Assembly (NCBI GenBank): GCA_041661645.1
Contig: JBAZUA010000001.1
Coordinates: forward strand, 125,074 to 189,073
Direction: 5' to 3'
From: Minisyncoccota bacterium
GTDB taxonomy: Bacteria > Patescibacteriota > Minisyncoccia > Phycocordibacterales > UBA6065
DNA: 64,000 bases
Below the pieces are notes generated by a model that saw only the letters and a list, made by a program, of their open reading frames with translations, searched no databases and was not told where the DNA came from. Every line of letters starts with the position of its first letter. Positions within the stretch are counted from its first letter, which is position 1. Below are positions 53,096-62,631 of this stretch, piece after piece. Position numbers and translations under genes: made by a program.

Positions 53096-53500
53096 CTAGA
53101 CGAACATTCGAGACACCCAGACGGCGATAAGCGAGACAGTTCCCGTCAGGAACGCTCCCCAGGCCATGTCGACGACGCTCACGATGACCGGCCAATCGCG
53201 CAAGGTCGCCTGATTGGTCATGTCATACGCGCCATAGGCCACAATGCCGAGGAACGCACCCATGATCCAGGAGTGTCCGATGCCCTGTCCGCCCCTGATT
53301 GCGGGAAGGACGACGAACACGACGATGCCGACGGCGTAGACCAGATAGAACAGTATGGCCGGAAGAAATGTCGGCGACGGGGCCATCAAATGGCCTATGT
53401 GACGATGATAGAACGATGAGCTGATGCCAAAGAGATAGGCGCCGTCGATGAGGAGCAGTGGCAGGAGCGTCGCAAAGAAAGATATGGTCGCCGTCTTCAT
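53096..53500 (-). CDS. DUF2177-like small membrane protein
   Basis: 134 aa with 4 TM helices. Confidence 0.45.
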   Translation of the reverse strand: MKTATISFFATLLPLLLIDGAYLFGISSSFYHRHIGHLMAPSPTFLPAILFYLVYAVGIVVFVVLPAIRGGQGIGHSWIMGAFLGIVAYGAYDMTNQATLRDWPVIVSVVDMAWGAFLTGTVSLIAVWVSRMFV

Positions 53501-53513
53501 ATGATGATAGGTT

Positions 53514-53921
53514 TTATTGCTTCGTCACGATTCGCAGATAATGGCTGACTGACTCGCACGGGACGATGTTGCCGTCGAAGGTAAGCGCGCCGTTGACCTC
53601 GACCGTCATGCCCTTCTTGAGATCGGAGGGCGATGCCGTGGTCGCCTTGGCCGCACAGAGCTGGGCACCCCGAGATGGGATGGAAACGATCGCCTCGTTG
53701 CCGTTTGTCTCACGTATGGTCACGAGATACGGCCCATCGTACATCGCCTTCTCGACATTCACATCCGTAACGGTGCCGCGAACGACCATATTGCTGACCT
53801 CGGCCGACAGGTCGGGCACGGACGAGTCAGTCCCAACGGCGCCCCGCTCGAGCAGTACGAGGCTGACGCCCGAAACAACTATCACGGCTACAAGGGCAAT
53901 GGCGAATTTTTTCATACCCAT
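53514..53921 (-). CDS. Hypothetical secreted/anchored protein
   Basis: N-terminal signal/TM helix; beta-rich domain. Confidence 0.45.
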   Translation of the reverse strand: MGMKKFAIALVAVIVVSGVSLVLLERGAVGTDSSVPDLSAEVSNMVVRGTVTDVNVEKAMYDGPYLVTIRETNGNEAIVSIPSRGAQLCAAKATTASPSDLKKGMTVEVNGALTFDGNIVPCESVSHYLRIVTKQ

Positions 53922-53949
53922 AAGTATACACCCCTCGCCCGCCTATCTT

Positions 53950-54351
53950 TTATTTAAACTCGACCTGAAAGGGGTACATTCCCATGCCACAGCTTCCCTG
54001 GAGAGTTGATGTGCCCTGGATGCCCAGGTCTATGTCGGTCGAACCCGACTGGGGGAGAATCCTGCTTATGCCCATGCTCGGGATCCGCACGGACGACGAG
54101 CAGTCGAACGTGCCCTTGGTGTTGAACCTGATCACGGTCGGGATGCCTGCCTTTGCGACGCTCGCTCGCGGCTGATATCCGCCGCGGGCCCATATCTCGA
54201 CGATCTGCTTGCCATCGACGACGCTGACATTGTTGGCATAGGCGTCCGAGCCCTGTCCCTCACCGCCGGCCGACTTCCCCGCCTGTATGAACGCGAAGGC
54301 CCCGCCGATGAGGACGACCGCGACGAGACCGGCGATGAGATTTGCTTTCAT
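53950..54351 (-). CDS. Cupredoxin-like domain protein (copper-operon associated)
   Basis: N-terminal TM helix. C-terminal SCGMGMY metal-ligand-like cluster. Confidence 0.45.
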   Translation of the reverse strand: MKANLIAGLVAVVLIGGAFAFIQAGKSAGGEGQGSDAYANNVSVVDGKQIVEIWARGGYQPRASVAKAGIPTVIRFNTKGTFDCSSSVRIPSMGISRILPQSGSTDIDLGIQGTSTLQGSCGMGMYPFQVEFK

Positions 54352-54378
54352 GGATGTAAGTATACTAAATAAATTCGC

Positions 54379-55416
54379 CTAAAAATTGAATACCGGCGGG
54401 ATGAGGCCAATGACCACGAGGCTATTGATGACATTGAAGAGCGCAAACAGGATGACGATGAGGCCGGCTGCCTTGAAGAAGACTCCCGCCTTCGGGCTGC
54501 CCTTGACGCTGATCGAGCTAAAGCTCACGAGTGCAAGAACGGGCAAGGTTCCCAGGGCGAAGGCGAGCATGGTCAGTCCTCCGGCGAAGAAGCTTCCCGT
54601 CGACAGGGTATAGAGCTGCATCGACTGGGTGAAGCCGCACGGCAGGAAAAACGTGGCGATGCCGACCAGAAGCGGAGTGAGCGTGTGATTGAGTCTGGCC
54701 ATGCCGTGCGCTCTACGGGCAATGAATTCGGGCATCGAAGGCTGAAGTCTCTTGGCCCACGGAAACACATCGAGCAGATTGATGCCCAGGATGAGCATGA
54801 CGATTCCGATGACGAGGCTCAAGGCGAATGTCGCCGAAGCGCTGAGGGTAAATGCCGCTCCAAGGGCGCCGATGATACCGCCAAGCACAAAGAACGAGAC
54901 AAGGCGGCCGCCATGGAACATGAGCTGGGGCCTGACCCTATCACCTTCCCTGGCGAAAGTTGCCGACATCGAGAGCACGAGCCCACCAACCACTGCCATG
55001 CAGGTCGAGAGCGATGCGATGATGCCGATGACGAACGCCGTGCCATAGGTCACGTTGCCCGAGGAGACGAGGTTGACCAGGCCAGCCTTCTGCAATGCCA
55101 CAAAGAGCACCGCGAAGCCAAGAGCTATGGGTAGGGCGATCTTGAAGTCAGACAACTTCGCCCCGACAGCATCGTGTCTCTCGACAGATAAGGCGTACCC
55201 ATGCGGCTTGAGCAGAATCGAAAGCTCATCAGCAATCTGCTCGGCACCCCGTTCGCCGAAGTCACCGACGATCTCGACTGAATTATTCTTGAGGCTGGAT
55301 TTGACCGAGGACACATGAGGCAGATCGCCTATCTCGCTCTCGGTCATGAGCACGCACGCATTGCAATGCATTCCGCTCACATGAAATACGTACTTCTGTG
55401 GATTGTTCTTGTTCAT
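54379..55416 (-). CDS. HMA (heavy-metal-associated) domain fused to DsbD/CcdA-like 6-TM permease
   Basis: Internal start [22 protein letters not shown] (GMxCxxC). The membrane domain has conserved Cys in the TM helices (LSTCMAVVGG, FFLPCGFT). Its start abuts the copA stop. Confidence 0.65.
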   Translation of the reverse strand: MNKNNPQKYVFHVSGMHCNACVLMTESEIGDLPHVSSVKSSLKNNSVEIVGDFGERGAEQIADELSILLKPHGYALSVERHDAVGAKLSDFKIALPIALGFAVLFVALQKAGLVNLVSSGNVTYGTAFVIGIIASLSTCMAVVGGLVLSMSATFAREGDRVRPQLMFHGGRLVSFFVLGGIIGALGAAFTLSASATFALSLVIGIVMLILGINLLDVFPWAKRLQPSMPEFIARRAHGMARLNHTLTPLLVGIATFFLPCGFTQSMQLYTLSTGSFFAGGLTMLAFALGTLPVLALVSFSSISVKGSPKAGVFFKAAGLIVILFALFNVINSLVVIGLIPPVFNF

Positions 55417-57703
55417 TATAGTTTCTGAGCTTTTATCCGAAGGGAGTTGGAGACCACCGACACGCTCGAAAGGGCCATGGCCAAACCTGCAAAGACGGGG
55501 TTCAGAAGCCACCCGAAAACGGGATAGAAGGCTCCCGCGGCGAGAGGTATGCCGATCACATTGTACGCGAAGGCCCAGAAGAGGTTCTGCTTTATGCCCC
55601 TCATAGTGACCTTCGATAGCCTGATCGCCTTGACCACCTTGGACACGTCGCCGCCGAGCAGGGTGATGCCCGCGGATTCGATGGCAACATCCGTCCCCGT
55701 TCCCATGGCGATGCCGACATCGGCCTGGGCGAGGGCGGGGGCGTCGTTCACGCCGTCACCAGCCATGGCGACGATGTGGCCAACTGCCTGCAACTCCTGT
55801 ATCTTTGCCAATTTATCCTGTGGCAACACATGTGCGACAACGTCGTCGATGCCGACGAGCGACGCTATGTGCCGAGCCGCCTTTTCATCGTCTCCCGTGA
55901 GCATGATCACCCTGATGCCGAGCGCATGAAGGTCGCTCACGGCCTTCTTTGACTCCGCCTTCACCTCGTCAGAGACCATGACGAATCCGAGCACCCTCTC
56001 CTTGGCGGCGAGGATGACGGGTGTCTTTCCCTGTGCCGTGAAGCGCTCTATATTTGAGGCATCAAAGACGAGGCCTAAATCTGTCACGAGCTTTGCGTTT
56101 CCGGCATAGTACTCGATGCCGTCGACCGAGCCCTTGATTCCCCTGCCCTGAAGACCCTCAAAATCCGAAACATCTTTGACCCCCACGCTCTTGCCTCGGG
56201 CATAGCTGACGATGGCATGGGCGATAGGATGCTCTGACTTGGCCTCGAGCGAGGCGAGCACGGACACGAGATCGTCGCCCTTCATGTCAGAGAGTACCTC
56301 TATGTCCACAAGCGTCGGCTTGCCAACGGTGATGGTGCCCGTCTTGTCGACGATGACCACATCTACCTGATGGAGCTTCTCGAGGGTGGCCGCGTCCTTG
56401 ATGAGAATGCCTTCCTTTGCACCCTTGCCTACCCCGACGATGATTGCGGTCGGTGTGGCGAGGCCCAGGGCGCAGGGGCAAGCTATGACCAAGATACCCA
56501 CGAATGACATCAGGCCGTATGAGAGAGCCTGGGAAAAGCCGAGCGGGCCAATGCCGAACAGAAGCCATGCGCCGAGCGTGACAAAGGCGAGGACGAGCAC
56601 GATAGGAACGAAGATGCCCGATATCTTATCGGCAAGGGCCTGAATCGGAGCCTTGCTGCCCTGCGCGTTCTCGACCATCTTGATGATCTGTGCGAGCAAT
56701 GTCTCGGAACCGACCTTGGTTGCCTTGAATGAGAACGACCCGCTCGTGTTCATTGTGCCGGCAACGACTGAATCGCCCACCTTCTTCTGTGCGGGCATCG
56801 GCTCGCCCGTTACCATGGACTCGTCGACGAAGGACGAACCGAGGCTGATGACGCCATCGACGGGGATCTTTGCCCCAGGCTTCATGATGATGACATCGCC
56901 GTGACGAACGTCGTTCACCGAGATTTCTACTTCCACGCCATCGCGGACGACGAGCGCGGTCTTGGCCTGCAGATTGAGAAGCTTCTCGATGGCGTCTCCC
57001 GTCTTGACCTTTGACCTCGCCTCGAGATACTTCCCGAGGGCGATGAAGGTGATGACGACGATGGTGACGTCATAGTATGTGTATTCGACGTTTATGAAAG
57101 GCTTGAGCGGTCCCTCGAAGGCGGTGACGACGAAGCTGTAGAGATATGCGGCCAGGGTTCCGATGCCTATGAGGGTGTCCATGTTCGCCCTGCCGTGACG
57201 GAGGAAGCGATACACGCCGAGGAGATACGGCTTGCCCACCACGAAAAGCACGTAGGTTGCCATGATCGGCAGGAGATGATGGAAGAATTCGCTCGTGACA
57301 AGACTCATCTCGGGGACGGACTGGTACTGGGCCAATATGTCCCATGCCATGACGAACACGCTGACGAGGGCGAGCGGCGCCGCAGAGATCACCTTTGACC
57401 CCATGTCTCGAATCTCGGCAAACTTCTCCTTCTTTGACTGGTTCGCGCCCGTATGTGCAGCATGCTCGTCTGGGGACATGCCCATATCCTCGGCAGAGGC
57501 CACGAGAGAATATCCGAGCGTCTCCACTTTATCCGAAGGGCCTGATGGTCCGTCTTGGCATGATCGAACGTCACCCTTGCAGACTCCGTACCGTAATTGA
57601 CCTCGGCGGAATGAACGCCATCGACCTTTTTCAGGGTCTTCTCGATGATGCCGGCGCACGAGGCGCAGTGCATGCCCCGTATCTTGTATGTTCGGGTTTT
57701 CAT
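55416..57703 (-). CDS. copA: Copper-translocating P1B-type ATPase CopA; N-terminal HMA domain is in a different reading frame (-1) from the ATPase core
   Basis: The core ORF 55416..57659 carries CPC ([12 protein letters not shown]), DKTGT, TGDDEK and [10 protein letters not shown]. The HMA domain [51 protein letters not shown] is encoded from 57703 in the ORF 57389..57775. Homology continues across the frame change (...TDHQAL | [14 protein letters not shown]...) near 57530-57560. Confidence 0.75.
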
Positions 57704-57707
57704 ATGA

Positions 57708-57983
57708 TTACTTTCGCTTGAGCTTATAGACCTTGAGTATCTCCTGCTTGGCCTTCTCGGCCTGACCCTCGGCAACCTGCCTCAGCACGCAGCCGCTTAG
57801 GTGATTCTCGAGGAGCAGGTCCTCCACGTTCGAGAGGCCCTGCTTGACCGCTGACGTCTGGGCGATGACGTCGATGCAATAGGTGTCATTCTCGATCATC
57901 TTCTGGAGGCCGCGGACCTGGCCCTCGATGAGCCTGAGGCGTCTGACCAGCTTGTCTCGGCCGATATCGTTCATGTATTTCAT
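57708..57983 (-). CDS. csoR: CsoR/RcnR-family copper-sensing transcriptional repressor
   Basis: LVRRLRLIEGQVRGLQKMIENDTYCIDV...NHLSGC gives a C-H-C ligand pattern. It ends 4 nt upstream of the copA HMA start. Confidence 0.85.
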   Translation of the reverse strand: MKYMNDIGRDKLVRRLRLIEGQVRGLQKMIENDTYCIDVIAQTSAVKQGLSNVEDLLLENHLSGCVLRQVAEGQAEKAKQEILKVYKLKRK

Positions 57984-57992
57984 ATGCCCAGT

Positions 57993-58014
57993 GTATACCC
58001 CCTAGGGGGTATAC
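57993..58014. promoter_or_regulatory. Perfect 22-bp palindrome GTATACCCCC-TA-GGGGGTATAC, candidate CsoR operator overlapping the csoR-copA promoter
   Basis: Read directly, 10-31 nt upstream of the csoR ATG. The G/C tract flanked by AT-rich half sites resembles known CsoR operators. Confidence 0.55.
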
Positions 58015-58046
58015 GTCAAGCGCCCCTCCCACCCCTTCTCCCGTGA

Positions 58047-58649
58047 CTATTCCCTGTCGGCGAACACCACGAATCGATTGGAGTAACTTTTCGCCGCCTT
58101 GTTCCAAATCCCCCCGCAGGTGATGAGGTTGAGGTGAGCCTTTCCATCATTCGAGGCAAACACCGCCGAGGCGTCCTCATGCTCTCCATAATTCTTGGTT
58201 GCACGCACCACGAAGACGACGGTCGTGCCGTCGCCCCTGTCAAAATATATTTTGTCGCCAGGGGAGAGCTTGCTCAGATGGTCGAATACCGCCGGTATCC
58301 CGTCCTTCCATCCAAAATGCCCGTCGATGACGGCGCTGCCCTTCTCGCCCGGCCGCGGACCCTTGTCAAACCATCCCAGGGTGCTTGGTCCCTTGGGCGC
58401 GCCAAGCGATCCGTCGGGATACAGTCCGACGGGTTCGACGACGGCATTGACGGCAATGCTCGGAATCCTGAGACGGACTCCATATTCCCTGTTCAAAGGC
58501 TTCGTCGACGAGGCGACGGCGGAAGACGGAACGGGGGCAGAAATCGCGAGTGACTCGGGCAGGATGGCGCTGACGGACGAGGACGCCACGGCACCCATGC
58601 CGACGAAGAGCGTCATCAATTTAACCACGTGAATCCATAGTGTCGTCAT
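58047..58649 (-). CDS. Sortase-family transpeptidase
   Basis: N-terminal TM helix, GH (His) in AVIDGHFG, and the TLxTC-type HLNLITCGG catalytic Cys. Confidence 0.8.
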   Translation of the reverse strand: MTTLWIHVVKLMTLFVGMGAVASSSVSAILPESLAISAPVPSSAVASSTKPLNREYGVRLRIPSIAVNAVVEPVGLYPDGSLGAPKGPSTLGWFDKGPRPGEKGSAVIDGHFGWKDGIPAVFDHLSKLSPGDKIYFDRGDGTTVVFVVRATKNYGEHEDASAVFASNDGKAHLNLITCGGIWNKAAKSYSNRFVVFADRE

Positions 58650-58664
58650 ATCTATTTTTTCTCC

Positions 58665-59501
58665 TTAGTACAATAAAAGAAACTGATGCCAGAATCGAGA
58701 CAGTGCGGCAAGGACGCTCACCGGCAAGGCAAAAGCCTCGCCAGTAGTCGTGGAAGAAGAAACGCCCGCACTGGTCGAGGTAGCCATCTTTGCCACAGGC
58801 GCGGGTGACAGAGACGCGGTCCCCATCGGCACGGCATCAGTGAACACCACGAGCCTCTGAGGGTAGCTGTTGTTGACCTTGTTCCAGACGCCATCGCAGG
58901 TGATGAGGTTGAGATGGGCCATGCCATCGCTCGATGTAAAGACCGTCGTCGCATCTGCGTTTCGGTCAAACAGCTCGGTCGACCTGACGACGAAGGCGAT
59001 GGTGTCCCCTTTATCGTCCTCCACATACACCTTGTCGCCGACCACGAGCCTATCGAGCTTGTAAAAGACGAACGGCACGCCACCCCTTATGCCGAAATGC
59101 CCGCCGATGACGGCGCTTCCTTCCCTGCCCGGATGGGGGCCGAGGGCAAACCAGGCGACGTTCAGTGAACCCTCGGGCACGTCCATCCTGCCGTCTGGCG
59201 TGACAAGGGCATCCTCGATGGTGGAATCGACGCCGATTGCCGGAATCTTGAGGCGAAGAGGAAGACCTTGAGACGTCGCCTTGGGGTCACGAACCTCGGA
59301 ATACGCCAGAGGACCGCCCTTTGATCCCGTGAGCGGAAACTTTGCCACGGGGAATCTCCAGCCAAAGAGGCTGTCAGATATGACTGCCAGACGGGCGCCC
59401 TGGTCGGACTTCGGTGACAGCAAGACGTATGAGGCAACTCCCGCGATGCCCAGACACAAGACCGTCGTCACTATGAGCTTTGATTTCATTTTCATGGGCA
59501 T
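58665..59501 (-). CDS. Sortase-family transpeptidase (tandem paralog)
   Basis: AVIGGHFG and HLNLITCDG motifs, with a Ser/Thr-rich C-terminal tail. Confidence 0.8.
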   Translation of the reverse strand: MPMKMKSKLIVTTVLCLGIAGVASYVLLSPKSDQGARLAVISDSLFGWRFPVAKFPLTGSKGGPLAYSEVRDPKATSQGLPLRLKIPAIGVDSTIEDALVTPDGRMDVPEGSLNVAWFALGPHPGREGSAVIGGHFGIRGGVPFVFYKLDRLVVGDKVYVEDDKGDTIAFVVRSTELFDRNADATTVFTSSDGMAHLNLITCDGVWNKVNNSYPQRLVVFTDAVPMGTASLSPAPVAKMATSTSAGVSSSTTTGEAFALPVSVLAALSRFWHQFLLLY

Positions 59502-59512
59502 TAATGACTAAG

Positions 59513-60034
59513 CTAAGGCCTTTCCCCGACAGCCTCGTCGGCGACGTCCGCGTCGGCATCGGCCTTTGTGGCATGCACCCGGCCGTCAATGTGATTGGGA
59601 GGGGCATAGACGGTGTATATCTTCATATCCTGCGCGCCCGTGTTTATGAAGTTGTGCTCAGTGCCCGGCACCACGACCACCACGTCGCCGGGATTGATCG
59701 AAAAGGTCTTGCCGTCGAGAATCCCCTCGCCCGTTCCCGACAGAAAGAAGAGTGTCTGCTCGGTATACCTGTGGGTCTCGGATCCCACCTCGCCTCCGGG
59801 AGGGATACTCATGACGACAAGCTGGCTCTTCTGTCCGGTGAACAGGACTCGGCGGAAGTCCGCATTGTCCCGCGCCGCCCTGACAATGTTCCCTTGATAG
59901 CTCATGCGTCGAACAGGGTTATCGTCGATGGGCGAGGAGTTCCTGATGATGAATGCCGAGGCGAGGGCGAGCGCCGCGATGCCGCCGAGACAGAGATACC
60001 ATCGACGAGACAGGCGTAATGTGTTTGATTTCAT
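59513..60034 (-). CDS. Cupin-domain protein with N-terminal TM helix
   Basis: Internal start MKSNTLRL at 60034. Cupin motifs G.E.GSETHRYTEQ...PGDVVVVVPGTEHNFINTG. Confidence 0.6.
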   Translation of the reverse strand: MKSNTLRLSRRWYLCLGGIAALALASAFIIRNSSPIDDNPVRRMSYQGNIVRAARDNADFRRVLFTGQKSQLVVMSIPPGGEVGSETHRYTEQTLFFLSGTGEGILDGKTFSINPGDVVVVVPGTEHNFINTGAQDMKIYTVYAPPNHIDGRVHATKADADADVADEAVGERP

Positions 60035-60116
60035 TTTTTTAAAGGTGCATAAGCCAAAGGCCCCGCCTTGGCGGGGCCTTTCCTGCCCGAGGGCCAAGCA
60101 TGAGGCTAATGCGAGA

Positions 60117-61502
60117 CTATGCCGAGCGCTTCCTGAGTGATACGACCGCGACCGAAACGATCGCGAGGCTGCCGAGGATCATGACGATGCTCCAGAGATT
60201 GCCCATCCCCTGTGGGGCGAATCCCGTGTTCGGGAAGCGAGGGACAATCACGTTATTCACAGCAACCGTAGTGGTCGAGATCGGGAGGATTGCAGAGGCG
60301 ACCGAGGTCGTGACCGTCGTGGTGGCGGCAGAAACCCTGTTCCTGCTGTTGCCACTGCTGCTGCCACTTCCACCGCTTGGTGGCAACGTCGCGATGTCAG
60401 TGTTGGTGATAGTACAGGTCACGTCCTGGCTCGAGGTCAGGTTGACGATGCCGCTTGAGTCGCAGGCGCCGCTGAACGTCGCCGCATATACCCCGTTGAG
60501 GCTCTCGCTCACCACATAGGTGCCCGCGGAGAGCGTGTACGAGATTCCCGGGGCTATCGTCCCGACCCGAGGGCTTCCCGCGACGCTTATCCCGGAACTC
60601 TTCACGTCGAGGGTGAAGTCAGAGGAAGTTGCTATGTTTCCGTGGAGGTTCGATACGACCTTCACGATGTGAAGCGTCGCCGGTGCCGCGGCGCCCGACA
60701 CGATGTTCGCGTCGAGGGTCACGCCCGTCTGTGCGAGCGCCTTTCCGTAAAGCACCGCGCCAGTCTGTATGATGACCTGCTTCGAGCTCAAGATGGTTCC
60801 GTTGAACGTGGAGTACGTTCCCAAGGTCGCTCCCGTGAGTCCGCCAACCTGCCAGAAGACGTTTCCGGCCTGGGCACCTCCCGCGAGGATGACTTTGATA
60901 CCCGTAGGCACGCTGCCGCCCGAGGCGATGCTGAGGTTTCCGGCGATCTGGAATATCCAGACATCCGTCGCGCTACCATGCAGGGTCACGCTTGTCGGTA
61001 TGGTGACGTCCGTAGCCCACTTGTACAAGCCTGGGGCGAATGTCTGTCCGCCGATGTTTCCGGCATAGAGCTCGGTGCCGTCTGGCAAAGTCCTGCCTGC
61101 GGCATCGGTGTATGCGGTGCCCATGTCGAGCACGGCGTTATCGATGAGGGTCTTGTTCGAGAGAGGCGGATTACCGGCATAACAAGTCTGGCTGCCGCTG
61201 CCCGTGTAGAGGGCATCAACGCCGTATATGGTGCCAGTTATCTCGGAACAGAACACATTGTCCATGGCCGCGCCGGTGATTGGGCTCGAACCGATATCAC
61301 CCGTTATCGCCGACGTATGGCTTCCCGTGTTGGTGATGCCGGTCTTAGATATTATGACGAAGTTCCCTGCCGTCAGGAGGTCCACCGCAGCCGGGCCGGC
61401 CGCAAGCGCGCCGAGAGGCAAGGTGATGCCTGCAACGAAAAGAGAGGCCGCTAGTATGAGTAGCGAGCCCTTGTTAAGGGGGTTCATATTGATTTTTGAC
61501 AA
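60117..61502 (-). CDS. DUF3494 (ice-binding-like) domain surface protein with C-terminal sortase sorting signal
   Basis: Signal peptide. The DUF3494 block DVWIFQIAGNLSIASGGSVPTGIKVILAGGAQAGNVFWQVGGLTGATLGTYSTFNGTIL...GKALAQTGVTLDANIV is followed by a Thr/Ser-rich stalk. The C-terminus has FPNTG, a hydrophobic stretch and RKRSA. Confidence 0.75.
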   Translation of the reverse strand: MSKINMNPLNKGSLLILAASLFVAGITLPLGALAAGPAAVDLLTAGNFVIISKTGITNTGSHTSAITGDIGSSPITGAAMDNVFCSEITGTIYGVDALYTGSGSQTCYAGNPPLSNKTLIDNAVLDMGTAYTDAAGRTLPDGTELYAGNIGGQTFAPGLYKWATDVTIPTSVTLHGSATDVWIFQIAGNLSIASGGSVPTGIKVILAGGAQAGNVFWQVGGLTGATLGTYSTFNGTILSSKQVIIQTGAVLYGKALAQTGVTLDANIVSGAAAPATLHIVKVVSNLHGNIATSSDFTLDVKSSGISVAGSPRVGTIAPGISYTLSAGTYVVSESLNGVYAATFSGACDSSGIVNLTSSQDVTCTITNTDIATLPPSGGSGSSSGNSRNRVSAATTTVTTSVASAILPISTTTVAVNNVIVPRFPNTGFAPQGMGNLWSIVMILGSLAIVSVAVVSLRKRSA

Positions 61503-61659
61503 GATTATTTTATTAGATACGTCAACAGACGCGACAGATAGATGATGAAAGTTACTTTATTGTAATGGGCGAGTATGCTCGACTGAAACGCTCGCGGATT
61601 AGAGTAAGGGATACCCCTTTGTACCTTGTTTATATTATATCACGAATACCCCGTGAGGG

Positions 61660-62094
61660 TTACCTTTCGTGATCTACCCTGTTCCCTTTAAGAACGTCTA
61701 TCATTCCGACGGCCCTACTGAGGCGTCTGTACCGTGCCTTCAATTCCTCATACCCATCAGACGAGATGCCCGTCTCCTTCTCAAGCACCTCCAAGAGCGT
61801 GTTAATCGGACCGAGCGCCAGACGGGCAGGCTCTCGAACGAGATGATTCGGGGCACCCTTCGGGTCGAGGATGGTTATTGAATTGAGCTCCGCGAGGGAA
61901 TGCGTCGACTCAAACGACGCGACCATTTCCTCGAATCGGGCGACTTCTGGTCCACACTCCCGCCTCTCCTCGGGCAAAACAACCTTTTCGGGGTGTCTGG
62001 CGAGGAAATCCGCGCACAGCTCGTCACCATCCTGCTCTTCGGGGTTGGGGCCCATTTCCATGGTTTCGTTCATGGGGCAATCATAGCACGTCAT
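61660..62094 (-). CDS. Hypothetical protein
   Basis: 144-aa acidic soluble ORF. Confidence 0.4.
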   Translation of the reverse strand: MTCYDCPMNETMEMGPNPEEQDGDELCADFLARHPEKVVLPEERRECGPEVARFEEMVASFESTHSLAELNSITILDPKGAPNHLVREPARLALGPINTLLEVLEKETGISSDGYEELKARYRRLSRAVGMIDVLKGNRVDHER

Positions 62095-62126
62095 GACCCG
62101 GCCTCTCCCCGACCCCTTATCGGCTC

Positions 62127-62546
62127 TTACCAGCTACCGATTATGGCGCCCATGACCGCCATGACGATGAGGGAGCACGCCGACTCGAACAGCCATAGCT
62201 TGACCGTCCTTCCCATCCAAATAACTTCGATTGATGACGATGTGACCAGAAATCCGACCCAAACCCAGATGGAGGTGATGACACCCGTCCATGCTCCTGG
62301 TCCAGCCGAAAGAGATGAAGTCGAAACAAAGGCGTACATCAGGGCCAGAACCGAGGCGGTGACAACGTTAGACAGGAGATTCCAGAGCATCTGTGGGACC
62401 ATGTCCGAGAGCTTCTCGTTCCCCGTCGGGTGGATGTTCGCGAGCCTCATCCAGAGCTTTCCCGAAATGGGTCCGTGAAAGAGGAAGCCGAGGACGAATG
62501 CGGCGACGGCCGCCGTCAGAACCGCAAGAAAATTAATGTATGGCAT
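62127..62546 (-). CDS. DUF1761-family membrane protein
   Basis: MPYINFLAVLTAAVAAFVLGFLFHGPISGKLW matches the DUF1761 N-terminus. 4 TM helices. Confidence 0.6.
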   Translation of the reverse strand: MPYINFLAVLTAAVAAFVLGFLFHGPISGKLWMRLANIHPTGNEKLSDMVPQMLWNLLSNVVTASVLALMYAFVSTSSLSAGPGAWTGVITSIWVWVGFLVTSSSIEVIWMGRTVKLWLFESACSLIVMAVMGAIIGSW

Positions 62547-62631
62547 ATATATATGTGAAATTAAGTCACTGTAAAGTATATCAAAAATACCCCATAGACA
62601 AGAAAAGCCGACTGAGTATAGTGGATATCAG

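Noticed and set aside
60642-61454. 270-aa plus-strand ORF
   Set aside because: Antisense to the DUF3494 surface protein gene; Arg/Gly/Asp-rich.
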